From Callorhinchus milii (taxonomy: Eukaryota): a stretch of 64,000 nt of DNA. Positions 12,571 to 24,873 of this stretch are shown here, piece by piece. Each line of letters starts with the position of its first letter. Position 1 is the first letter of the stretch. The position numbers and the translations under genes are program-made. The DNA is taken from the NCBI RefSeq assembly GCF_018977255.1, contig NW_024704744.1, forward strand, positions 87,854,001 through 87,918,000, read 5' to 3'. The notes under the pieces are model-generated. The model was not told where the DNA came from. It made no database searches and saw only the letters and a list, made by a program, of their open reading frames with translations.

Positions 12571-14146
12571 TAATCCAAAAAGGCCATTCTGAGTCTCGTC
12601 CACATAGGAATCCAATTTGTGATTCTCGTAAGGGGTGAGTAACACAAATTTGGATTTGTTTTATGGTCTAATTTGTGATGCTCACAAAACATTTCATTGC
12701 AATTTTTAATGTGTTTTGATCTCTGACTGCTCTGGGATCCTACCCTGCATGAGGAACTCTATATAAATGCAAGTTGTTGGTGTTTTTGTTGACTTTTTTG
12801 CACACTTTGGCGCCTTTCAGAATTGCATTTTCATTCGCGAATAAGTTAAACTGCTTAAAATGAAACTGCATTTAGCACTTCCTATCTATTTTGCAACTAT
12901 TGTAAATTAGATCCCACTCATGTTATCACTTGGCAATATTTCTGTTGATTTCACTAGCAATAGAATAAGTGAGGTTTTCAATGTATTTTCTTGAATCAGC
13001 TGAATTGCTCAAGTGGCCCTCATCAGGACTCCAAACAAAGGTGTATCTAATTACAGGAGGACTCCATTATAAGATGTCATTGGGGTCCATAAATACTAGT
13101 TATATTATAGTGGACACGCTGAAGAGTGGATGCCAGTCAGTCCTTCTGGGTTGTAATGTAACCGATAACGTTATCAATTATGTCACTGAGCAGAAAGTCG
13201 GACAGATGTACCATCAGGATTTAGAGTGGAAAGACAGGATTCCAATTGTCAGGTAACAAAATGTCAGGGTCCACAATACAATTGTGTTATAAGGAAATCC
13301 AAGCCATGTTATAACGAGCCTCTTTATAATTTTGTTCCTTGTAAATAGGCCAGCTAAATATTTTTGCTGGAGAAGTAACAAATAGCATAGTTGCACAGCC
13401 ATGGGATGGCAGATGTGATGGTTAAATGTTTTTCAGCGACAACTCAATTTTGTCAGCTGAAATTAAAATTTTCGGTTCCCTGCTTGGAAAATGCATACAT
13501 CTCCAAAACAAAACATGTTGACGCCTCTTAATAGTTTGTTCATTTGCAGGATCTCCATCCATTCATCCAACTGTTGCCTTTTACCATGTACTTGTGCTTA
13601 GTTTATTTCAACAAGGTGGCTGGCTATTCATGAAATTTGAAAAGCAGGGGTTACCTGTTTTCTCATCCATTTAATATCATCCATTGTTGGTATTAAATAT
13701 ATGAAACTAATTGAAATATTTCCCCCAAAATGTGTTTTTTAACAAATAATGAGGAAAGTGGGATACTTTCTCATAAAGCAGTTGAAGGATTATCACAGGT
13801 CATCTATTCTTGTAAGATAAGGGTGACTTTCAACAGTGCATTCATGAGTTTCTTTTGAAAGCCAGCAAAAGAGTAGCAGCCATTTCAACAGAGCCCATCT
13901 TTTCAGAAACTGTACTTTCCAGCTACTTCATTAGCTTCTCATTCTGTGTTTCATTCAAAGCTCAGGTTCTGAATATTGTTGAGATGCCCTTTTAGCTGAC
14001 CAAGATTATTTTATTGCTTCAAATGCAACTTTCCTTAGTTTGTGCCAACAAAGGGCTCTGCAAATAGAACAGGTCGACTAATGTAGTGAAACAGTGTGCT
14101 ATTGCACTGATCTCTTTCACACAAAGAATCGCCGGAGGGTGAGGAG

Positions 14147-14160
14147 AGGACATCTGGTGG
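14147..14160 (-). promoter_or_regulatory. CTCF-like motif
   Basis: Minus strand reads CCACCAGATGTCCT; convergent with the site at 2458. Confidence 0.3.
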
Positions 14161-15137
14161 ATAAGGGTTCAGCATGATGGGGCTGATAATGCAGCATCAC
14201 TTCCCATTCAGAAGGGGGAGAGATAAGTTGTTTAATTGCACTAGAATGTATTTAACGGTGAGCTGGAAGATTGTGATGATGTAATGTGTGGAGTCAAACT
14301 GAGCTATTACACTTTTAGAGCAAAAAAAATTGAAAATTGTTCACTTGGGGTAAGACAAATGGCATTAAATGAGGAAGCACACCATGAATTGCAAATGGGT
14401 CTGAGTTAATTTGTTGCTACAGTGGTGTTGCCCTACTGCTAAATGAAGGTGGTGTAATTATCTAGCTGGCAGAGATAATGTCAGCACCTCATTCCTCCTT
14501 ACACGCCTGTTTTTTACATGAGTGCTAATTGAGCTGCAAGGTGACAACTTATTATATATTCTAATGATAGTTTTTCATGCATTTGCAAATAAATGTTCAT
14601 TTTTTTAAATAAGCAGATTTTAACACCTGTAGAATTTGTACAGTTCAGAAAAAATGCAATTTTTTTGTTCCTGGAGAAATGTGATGTAGAGGATTGTGGC
14701 ATTGGCTGAGATCCTCTTGCTTTTAGGCATCCTGATCAGCTCACATGTTGTTATTACTGCAGGATGGAAAGACCCCTGGCTGTCTGAACAGCCTGTAGAA
14801 AAGGTTCTATATTAACTATGTTGTGTCATTTTATGTACCAAAAAACAGATAAACAGATAAAACTCACTAAATAAACATCATTCATACTGATGTGAAAAGT
14901 TATTTCAGTCGTAACATAGTAGGTTTACAATTAATTAAGTCTAAACACGAGTGGTATGTGTTGGATATGATACAATTGCATTAAACAAAAATCTCTTTGT
15001 CTCTGAAATTCAGTATTTAACTTGTGAATGTTTGGTACCTTCATCAGTCTGAGCTTTCTATAATCGATACTGATAACTTGGAGATATTATTTAAGCATTT
15101 CAAACCAAATGGGGGAAAACCGTGGAAGGATTTAAAC

Positions 15138-15244
15138 ATAATAATACTTGCATTTGGTATAACGCCTTTTCACGTCTTCTGGACGTCTTAAAGTGCCTCA
15201 CAGAATATACTGTAAAGTGAGTTGACTGCATATTTGTGGACGAA
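15138..15244 (-). mobile_element. SINE A 3' fragment
   Basis: Reverse complement of the SINE tail; directly abuts an L2 fragment. Confidence 0.85.
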
Positions 15245-15421
15245 TGAAGATGAGGATCTCAAATTCAATCCTTTGGGAGTTAGGATATGGGGTGTTAGGC
15301 TTACAAAGTCAAGTGCAGGAGAGGTCATGAGCTGCAAAGTTCTGGATGGTCTGCGGCTTGTGGAAAGAAGAATTGGGAAGTCTGGCAAACAGAGTTGCCA
15401 TTGTTTAGCCTGGATGTGATA
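15245..15421 (-). mobile_element. L2 ORF2 C-terminal fragment
   Basis: Homologous to the reverse complement of ~18610-18810 (GATGAGGATCTCAAATTCAATCC...GAGCTGCAAAGTTCTGGATG). Confidence 0.75.
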
Positions 15422-15424
15422 TAC

Positions 15425-15570
15425 ACTCTTTGATTGATAGGGACGTGAGGACATCTGGCTCTCATCCTCAATGGTATTCATCAGAGCTTTATTTTATTCT
15501 CCACTTTGGGGGAGGCCTTATGTGCACCAAGGCATCGCCTAATGCCCCAGCTGAGATCAAGAGCTCACAA
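15425..15570 (-). mobile_element. Family D SINE relic
   Basis: GCCCCAGCTGAGATCA motif shared with the relics near 3300 and 53545. Confidence 0.35.
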
Positions 15571-17872
15571 TGTGAGTGTCTCGCATGCTCTGTTGCAGCA
15601 ATTTTGTTCACTATACTGGAATGAACTTCTGACTTACATCTGAGCACTACGCTCTTACTAGCAATCTTAATGTGACATCGCTTCCAGCAGTGGAACAATT
15701 CAGAGCAAGAAGCCTGATTAATACTTCCTGCTTGCATTCGCACTCTCCAGAGGGACCAAGCAGAGCTCCCTAAAGCAGCCTTAATTTTTAATGTTATTCA
15801 AAAGTCGGTCGTGTGGCAGGATCTTTGATAACATTAAAATCAATCCCTTAAATTTTTTTACAATTCGCCACCCAAGAGCTTTTAAGGTACCACTTCTAAG
15901 CAGATTCATACAATTGGCCTTTGTACTACACAGGTACGAATCAACATCCCATTGGAAGCACTTCCTCAACCTGGTCTTGGGAGCTGTGTTCCTGCCCAAG
16001 TTGTTTTGGAATCCCTTTTTCTGGGTGTTTGTGTTGATTCGTCATGATTTTACCTAGTCAAATCACCTATCGAAAGCATAGTAATCTCGTACAACAGTCT
16101 CAACAAAAAAATGTATATCTTAGAAAATAATTGGTTTACACTGCAGTTGAGCAAATAATTTCTTTGGATTCTGAATCAGCAGCATAGAAAAGAATGTCTG
16201 ACACAGAATCTTAGTTCCCAAGTTGTACGTGAACCAAGCAGCATTTTCCTGGAAGTTGACAGCTTTATAAAACACAAAGTGAAATTATTTGAAGCCCGTT
16301 GATGAGAAAATGTGCAGCCTGAAGTTACAGAAACAATTCTTTTCTTAAGCTGTTGATTAAATAATTTGGTGCCTGAAGTTATGTAAACTATTCTATCCTT
16401 AAGATTCTGGTTAACCCTCAGCTCTGTGCCGCACTTTTTCTTTATTGATGACCTTCAGGCAAGCTTCAACTCCTTCAGAATCTTAATTTTCTTTAGCAAA
16501 TGACCTGATTCAAATCTCTGAGCCAATCATTCTTTTTTTATTACCTTCCTCTGGTACTATAGGCAGGATTCAGCGAGAATGGCTCTTTTGTAATGTACAG
16601 GTTACAGATTTTTATCTTGCAAGACAATTTATACACTCTATAATTATAGTGGTACCAAATGAATGGTTCCTAGTTTGCTGCCTTAAGTCATTTTAACTTT
16701 AATAATTGAACACATTGTTTCTTCAGCCAAAGTAGCAAAATAAAGTACAAAAACGAATTTATGCATCAACATTGATTTGTGTTGTTCAATTTCGTTTTCT
16801 TCTGCCCCCTCCACCCCCCCGGCCCCCCCACCCCATATAAAAAAAGTACGGTAGATTGAAACTTCATACAAAAAGATTTTACCTTCATCCAATTGGTATA
16901 ATGGTGGAGCCAAAGCACTTTTCTGCCTTCATCTTGTATGTAATTTCATTTTCTCAAAATTATGTAGTTATGATGTCCATGTTTATGAATTAAACATTAT
17001 GTACATTTCAATGGGTAGAAATTCCACCTGGATCTCGATTTATTCTATGTAGGATTTCAGAATGAAGGGAATTCTTAAATAAACCTTAATATTGAAGCCT
17101 GCTTTCTGTAAATTATTTTAAGAACTACAGAAAATTAACTTCAAAGTTAAGGCAGAGCTTAACAAATAGTGAAGTTCTGGATGTTCTAAAATGCTGCATA
17201 AATAGAGTATATCCAGACCCAGTTCAAATTTCTTCCCACAAATCACGTTGTACACATTTTATCATACATCAATGAAGTAGCATTGGTCTCCTTTTGCAGC
17301 TTGCATTTGAGAGACTTCAAAAGGGGAGGGAAAGGAGTGTTAAACTATTGTGTTAACTAACATAAGTTAAACATAGTAGAAAAGAATAGTTGGCCTTCAT
17401 TAGTCCAGACTGCAGTACATTTGTTCCATGTCTCTCTTGGTAGAAATAGAACAAAGATATTAACTAATCTTTCCCATAGTATATTGTCCTTCCCACCGCT
17501 TAGCACAAAAAATAGCACTGCCCCTAAAGAGAAGCTGACAATTTTTCACAATTCCAAATGCTGAAAAATAAATGCGATAAGCCATTTTACCTCTTCAACT
17601 CACTCCCTATCCATTCTACGCCACTTTTCCCCTACCCTTTAATGTGGCTGAAATTCTTTATTTATCTCTTCCCTCTTCACCACCCCCCTGCGATCTTCTG
17701 TTAAATTCCACCTTCATTATATACTTTAAATTAGCAATTAAAATTTATAAAACAAACATGATGTGTGTTTTATAAATGCAAAATGTGTATAAAAGCAAAA
17801 AAAATGCAAGTTGTTGTTTGCTAAGGTTTTGTTATGGTTTTGTAGAAAAAAAACAGAATTGCCCTAAGGAGG

Positions 17873-19252
17873 CTGCCCATAGCACAGAAACTGCCCTGGT
17901 CAAGGTCACCAACAACATCTTGACCATCTGCGACCAGGGCTCCCTCTGCCTCCTCGTCCTCCTCGACCTATCGGCAGCATTCGATACGGTCGACCACGCT
18001 ATCCTCCACCGCTTGTCCTCCCACCTCAACCTTCGAGGCCCTGTCTTTGAGTGGTTTAGGTCATACCTCTCCCACCATCTTCATTTTGTGTCCACAAACG
18101 GCTTTTCCTCCGGCCCCCGCACTGTCTCGTGCGGTGTCCCTCAGGGCTCTGTCCTCGGTCCCCTCCTCTTCACCCTCTATATGCTCCATCTTGGTGACAT
18201 CATCCGCAGACATGGGGTTAACTTCCACATGTATGCGGATGACACCCAACTCTACCTTTCCTCCTCTACCCTCAACTCCATGACCACTGATGTCCTGACA
18301 GCTGCCTGTCCGACATCGAGTCCTGGACGAGAGACAACTTTCTTCTGCTCAACGTGCGCAAAACTGAGGCCCTCCTGATTGGCTCACGTCAGTGCCTCCG
18401 CACCTCAGGCGCTGACACCATCAGCATCCAAGGCTGCACTCTCCACCTCTCAAAGCAGTCAGGAACCTCGGGGTTCTGTTCGACCCTGAGCTGTCCTTTC
18501 TTCCTCATATCTGCGCCACAACTGGCACCGCCTTCCATCACCTCTGAAACATCGCCAGACTACGGCACTACCTCACCCCTCACGCTGCTGAAACTCTGGT
18601 CCACGCCTTTATCACCTCAAGGCTGGACTATGGGAACTCTCTCCTCGCCGCCTTCCCGGCACCTCCCTCCACAAGCTGCAGGTCATTCAGAACTCTGCAG
18701 CTCGTGTACTGTCCCGCACCAGGCTTCGCGACCACATCACTCCCACCCTCGCTCGCCTCCACTGGCTCCCCATCCCCCAGAGGATCGAATTCACGATCCT
18801 CATCCTCACCTACAAGGCCATTCACGGCCTTGCTCCCTCCTATCTCTCCGACCTACTATCCCCCTACCTACCTGCCCGTACCCTCCATTCCTCTGGCTCC
18901 GGTCTGCTCCACATCCCCCGCCCCAACCACCCTACCATCGGTGGCCGGGCCTTCAGCCTCTCAGGCCGTACGGTCTGGAACTCCATTCCCCAGTGCCTTC
19001 AGCTCCCTTTCATATCCTTTCAGACCTTTCTCTTCAACTGTGCCTTCAGCTCCCCTCTCGACTCTCTACCCCCTCCTCGCTCCCTCCCTTCCCTCCCATC
19101 ACCCTGACCATTTCCCCCCTCCTCGCTCCCTCCCTTCCCTCCCCTCCCCCTGACCATTTTTCCACCAAGGCTCAGGTCCTGACCCAACTGTCCAGCGCCT
19201 TGGGATGTCCTCCCGACGTGAAAGGCGCTCTATAAATGGAATCTTGTTGTTG
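17873..19252 (+). mobile_element. 5'-truncated L2-clade LINE: RT C-terminal half (frameshifted), 3' UTR and (TTG)n tail
   Basis: Translation contains [41 protein letters not shown] and KTEALLIG; frameshifts after ~18300; CT-rich UTR with a ~46-bp duplication (19069-19160); terminal stem-loop then TTGTTGTTG. Confidence 0.95.
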
Positions 19253-20414
19253 TGTTTGAGATAAAACCAGGTTTTTGGGGGGTATCCATTGATGTTTAAG
19301 ATATTGCTCCAGTTTCAAATGAAAGTAAATAAAATAATAATCTATGATGTATGTGTTCTTTTCTGCCTATATTTGAATAGCTCTTTCAGACATTCTCTAA
19401 AACAGAGATTCTTATTTAGCCAAAAGGGATCCCTTTCGAAACCTACAGAATCAGAATCTGAATTTAAAAAAAACGGTGGCAACAGTCTGTAACCTCCCTC
19501 CTGCCTTTTCTCCGAATATCTGCTTAATAACTTCTGTGCAATGGCACCAACTCCCTCCGCCTCAACACCATATGCAGCCAACCACTGCAAGGGGAGGATT
19601 TCTTAAACATGTGTGATTGTATTTATGGGCTATGTGCAAGATTGGAAAATACTGCCTACAGTGCTCAGCGGAGTATGACACTGTGGGAGCATACACATAT
19701 GACCCCAACATGGAAATAGTCTGTGATACAAATTACTTATTGTGAATAATTATATCACACACTTTTGGAACTTTGTTTTCAAAATATTTTAATACGCATG
19801 CACAAGTACTGAGATTGTTAAAAATGAACTGCTCTACAATCCAGAAGTAAACCAAACTGGCCGTGTTGAAGCTGCTTTTTATATGCACATAAAAAATTAC
19901 CTCTGGGAATAAGATCTACGATATAGCTTAATTTTATTACAATGTTATAAAGATAACTTTGCCACAATGAAATAATTTGTATTATAAGTAATATTGCATA
20001 AGATCCTGCAGCTGTAAGTTGAGGATATGGTTCTGTAATTTGTGACTTCCATTTGATGATACGAGAACTGGATCAGACCAGAAAGTATACATTATTAAGG
20101 CTGTGGTGAATAATCCAGCAGGTTTTATGCTAGAATAGGGGACAGATAACTAATTAATCCACTCAAATGCCCCCTTTCTAGCATAAAACATCCTAGAACA
20201 CTCATTATGACAATTAGTGGATAACATTTCATTGTGACATAACTAATGAGCTGTGGCAGTTAAGGTCATTCCAGTAATGTGGGGTTTTACCACACATTTA
20301 ATACCCAACCCATGTTCAAAGTCAGTTGAATCACTCGGTTATGTGATTAGTTGACAGGATTTAGTTTGGCTAGTCCATAGGTACTGCTGTTGTCGCATCC
20401 TATAAATTGTGTGC

Positions 20415-20605
20415 TTCTCCTGTTGTCCTGGCCAGCGATCCTCCACATAAATTGGTCATTCACTTCACAGCTGTTTGTGGGAATGTATTGCATGCAAAAT
20501 TGCCTGCCACGTTTGCCTGCAAATAAAGTCACTAAAATTGACAGAAATTACCTGTGAAGTGCTTTAAGATGTTTCTACATTATATCAAAATGCAAGAATT
20601 ATTAT
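20415..20605 (+). mobile_element. Decayed DeuSINE (family B), 3' half
   Basis: TGTCCTGGCCA...GCTGTTTGTGGGA...AATTGCCTGCCACGTTT...AATGCAAGAATTATTAT. Confidence 0.75.
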
Positions 20606-23330
20606 AATGGTCCCTTGTTTCTTCCCATGCTGCTGTCTGTGACACTGAATACCCTTTCTATGTGAGATGACAATTTAAATGTGCCTGCTCTTTTTTTTGC
20701 TGTTTGTAGTGTAAGTATCAATTGGCTGACCACTTCTAATTTTTTTAAAAAAGTTATTCTAGTTTTATGTGCTTTATCTCTGCTGTTTCACTCACACCTG
20801 TGGTTTTTATGCCTTTGTCTTTCTAATGCCCGTGTATCTAATATTTCTCTGCTAAATGTCTAAATTATAATCTGCAGGGATTCTTAAATTGTGGTAGTAT
20901 ACGCATCATGAGTAAGTTAGACAAATAGCCAGCAAAATTCCATTTATGTGCCAAGATGCATATGATTGGATCCATATAATTCATAGAAGTGTAAGCTCCA
21001 TGCAAAGAATGAGAGAATATTAAATGATCCAGTGCACATCTACCTTATTGATTCAGAAAGTCAGTGATAAGGCCTTTGGACCTTTCTTGAAATTTGCTCC
21101 AGTTCAAGCTTATAACTCATGGTTCAGGCATTGCTCTACTTTGCAAAATTGTATAAATTGATGTGGATCAATCAGTGGTATCTTCCTTCTAGGAGCTGTG
21201 ACTGGCCCTATTAAACAGTGGCTCACCTCCATTATTATTCCACCACTGGCTACTTGACATTGACCAGCGATAACTCCTATCGATATTGCTGATAGAACAG
21301 GGTCTGGTTGATGGAGGGACTACTTCTTCAGAAAAAGCTTCAACTCCATCTCTCCACATGTATTTTCACAGGCAAACATTACACATTAGTTCAGCTATTT
21401 CTTATGTTCTTCATTTGATTTCTTCATTTGATTCACTGTCAGATACAATTCTTGGGTGTTGTAATTTTGTTTTACTCTGCTTTTCTCCTCATGCAGTTAC
21501 TGCTCAAGTTGCAGTTAATTTCATAGGTGCTGGTAGCCTTCTAGAACCCCACTCAAGGGTCACTTTTAATTTCTGTAGGAAAGGGACTGAAGTCCCTCAT
21601 GCTGTGTGTTCAGCTAACGTATCATAAACCCATCAAAATCGGAACTTTTCAGGAGAGCATGGCCCAGTTTTACTGGGACTCATTAGAGTTGCTAAAAAGA
21701 CAAATTTCTTGGCAATATCCAGCTGATCCATTGCATCGATCCAGTTCCCTAAAGTGAGATATGATATCTGGCTCATATCCCTGACAGATCTCAGGCTTCC
21801 AATTGCACCTACAGTTGAAATTGCTGATTTTCTCTTGGAGAAACTAAGGTAAACTGCATTGCAAAGTTTCACGATATGCTGCTAAAGTTAATCTAGTTAA
21901 CAGACAAGGGGGTTATTCATTTGAAACCAGTTATTGGTGACTTGAAGAGCAGGGCTTGATTTGAGTTACTCAGCTGTCATATTTTCAATTGGTGTGTGAA
22001 TTGCAAACAAAATATAGTAACTGCTCTCTAACCGTAGCTTCAATCCATACAGCTTCAATCCTCCTACGTTTTCTTACAGCTGTAAACTTTCTTTAGCAGA
22101 GAGATTAGTGGATGCAGACGAGTTGTCAAGCAAGGCTAGGATATGAACCTGCAGTGACAAGTGCAAAGTGAGCAACAATACTGTTGTGCTCCTGCGTAGC
22201 TGCATGACTCTTGGGTTGATGGATTAATTGATAACATGCACATAGACATGCACACATGTATGTACACATACATACACCCGCATTTGTATTACACATTGTG
22301 GACTATCTCACTGCCTGTATGATGTTTGATGAGGCACAACCAATTGATAATGCAAGATGTTATTTATTCATGGTTCAACACAGGCATAATATGATTGTGT
22401 CTTTTCCTCTTGTTAAACCACAGCTTATTGTCCTGGTCTTCAAACTTTGCAATAAACTACAATGGTTACATTTCAGCTTTAAAATCATTGCTTTCTCCAC
22501 ACAATCATAAAATATTATGGTTTACTTTTTAGAAGTTTAATGATTAAAGCTTTTCAAAGCTGTCATAAAATGTAAGATGTTCTGGATGGCAATCAAAAGG
22601 TGTGGCTAGCTCTGTCATGCATAATTTTAACTATTTGTGATGACTAATATTGTGGTTATTTTTAGTTACCATTGAGTAAATATGACAAGAGATAACAAGA
22701 TCACAAAAGCTATCCTGACAGTTCCTGCAGTGACTCGGCAGTGCCCTGCAACAAACCCCAGTCGTGGGTTCAGTAAGGTGGTGACATCATCATGCCACCA
22801 GCACACTGCAACTTTCAAACCTCCTTTTTCCTACTGGTTGTAAGAAGAGAAATGATAATCAAGATTTTAAAAGCATCATTTGTTCAGATGGAACATTTTC
22901 AAATTCTTTAGCTACATACAAAATATTGTGTAATAACACAGATCATCTTATTTTTGAGGCTATGTTCCCAGGATATTTGGTGGAAATTGAACTTTAAGGT
23001 GCAGCATAAAGGCAGAACTGATTAGTGATAGTTGATTTATTGATTACCAATGTTAATTAACAGAAACTTCAAACAGGGCAGCTGGACCTAGTCAAAACAG
23101 ACAAAAGAATCTTTCTCTGGATCCTTCATGTTTTCATTGACTGCTAGTTTGTGTGATCCTCTGTGGATTATTCCCATCACTTGAAACTTACAAGAGTAGA
23201 TACAATACCGTACGTATCATTGTTTATTAGGGTCAAGGTCATCTGTATAATGGGCCATTTGACCTCCGGAAAATCTGCTTATTTCCCTTTCCACCACATT
23301 TCTTTAATCCTTTTGTTCCTTGATTCGTTG

Positions 23331-23790
23331 TGTCAGCTTGGCTCAGAGGTAGCACTCTCACCTCTGAGTCAGAAGGTTGTGAGTTCAAATCCCACGTCGG
23401 GACTTGAACTCATGTAGTCCAAACTGACAGTCCAATGCACTGCTGGGGGTTGGAGCGGTGGGTTGGTGGGGGGGTGTGGGGGGGTTGCATTGTTGGAAGT
23501 GCCATCTTTCAGATGAGTTCTTAAACCGAGGTCCATCTGCTTGTTCAGGTGGACGTTAAAGATCCCATGGCAATATTTGAAAGGAGAAGGGAGTTCTCCC
23601 AGTGTCCTGGCCAACAATCCCCCAAATAAAATTCGACATTCGTTTCATGGCTGTTTATGGGACGCTGCTGTGCGCAATTGTGCTGCCACATTTGCCTGCA
23701 AAATACTATATTTCACAGTAAATCCTGTGAAGCTCTTTGAGACATCCTTTCTGACATAAGGCTCTGTGAAAGATGCAAGGATTATTATTG
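23331..23790 (+). mobile_element. Full-length DeuSINE (family B, SacSINE1/AmnSINE1-like Deu domain)
   Basis: tRNA head (TGGCTCAGAGG; GAGTTCAAATCC), Deu core (TTAAACCGAGG...CAGGTGGACGTTAAAGATCCCATGGCA...GTGTCCTGGCCAA) and L2-like tail. Confidence 0.9.
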
Positions 23791-24303
23791 ATTCATCCTT
23801 TTATTCACCTTCCAGATCTTTGTTTCTTTTTCTGGCTATAGTTTTACACACAATCCTTGACATTATTATTGCTCTGTAGGGTATGTAGTAGTTTCAGATT
23901 TGTTAAGCGCCATGGGTATTGATTGACTTGTGCCTTGTATGTTCCTTAGTGGAGGCTATGTAAGTTGCTTAGAGTGGTTTAAACTGCAGCTTGGATAGCA
24001 ACTACTGCCATTGGGACTTCTTGTACCATGATCTCCAGCAAACGAGGCAGAAAGGGGACTGGTGGCAAAAATGTCAGAAATCATCAGCTACTTCTTGGGA
24101 GTAGCTGATGACTTCTGACATGTATACACATAAAATACTGAACCTAGATAATATTTTTTTACATCTGTCATTATTTTGGTCCCAATTTTTTGTCATTGCC
24201 CCTCCTGAACTCTGAATCTAACTTGCTTACGCATGTGGAAGCTTAAGTGTCAGAAGATAATAAATGTTGACTGATCAATCCAGCTGGTTTGGGCATGGTA
24301 AAG

Positions 24304-24441
24304 CATACTGCACGCAATTGGCTGCCGCGTTCGCCCACAAATATTCAGTCAATTCACTTTACAGTATATTCTGTGAAGCGCTTTGGGACATCTAGAAGAC
24401 GTGAAAAGTGCTATATCAAATGCAAGGATTATTATTATTAT
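24304..24441 (+). mobile_element. SINE A 3' part
   Basis: Near-identical to 12038-12177. Confidence 0.9.
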
Positions 24442-24767
24442 GTGGCCAGTGAGATCCTGTTGTATAAAGTACCAATGAGCATGTGAGTCACCATTGAAAA
24501 AAAGACTGAAACATATCTGTATGGCTTTTCGATGGAAAATAGGGAATTTATTTGAGTTGTTCAACGAGTAAGACGTATTTAACCAGATTTTAACCAAATG
24601 TTAAATGAGAGTCCTCTTCTCATTAAGACACTGAGTTTTTTTTGTAAAAAGATGAATACTCGTCAGCATTCACATTTTCTGTTTGCACATCATAGTAAAA
24701 TCATCTGTCATCTTTTAAAATTTATTTAGATTTGTCATGAAGCTTAACCTGTCAAGCATAAAGAATA

Positions 24768-24873
24768 TTTGCCTACAAATACAAAGTCACTCCATTATAG
24801 AATAATTCCTGTTTTGAGACGGTTTGAGAAGTCCTGATGTGAAAAGGTGCTATACCAAATGCAAGGATTATTA
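24768..24873 (+). mobile_element. Decayed SINE 3' fragment
   Basis: GTGAAAAGGTGCTATACCAAATGCAAGGATTATTA. Confidence 0.7.

Noticed and set aside
15020-15050. Minus-strand CTGATGA-GGTACC-AAAC hammerhead-like motif
   Set aside because: Lacks GAAA and convincing stems I and III
18354-19235. 293-aa and 149-aa Pro/Ser-rich ORFs
   Set aside because: Out-of-frame readings of the C-rich, frameshifted L2 ORF2 and 3' UTR
21633-21872. 79-aa minus-strand ORF with an acceptor-like start
   Set aside because: No recognisable homology and no convincing donor
22726-22810. Cloverleaf-like fold (TGCAGTG/CACTGCA closing internal hairpins)
   Set aside because: Arm spacing and invariant bases do not fit a tRNA; may be a decayed SINE head or chance
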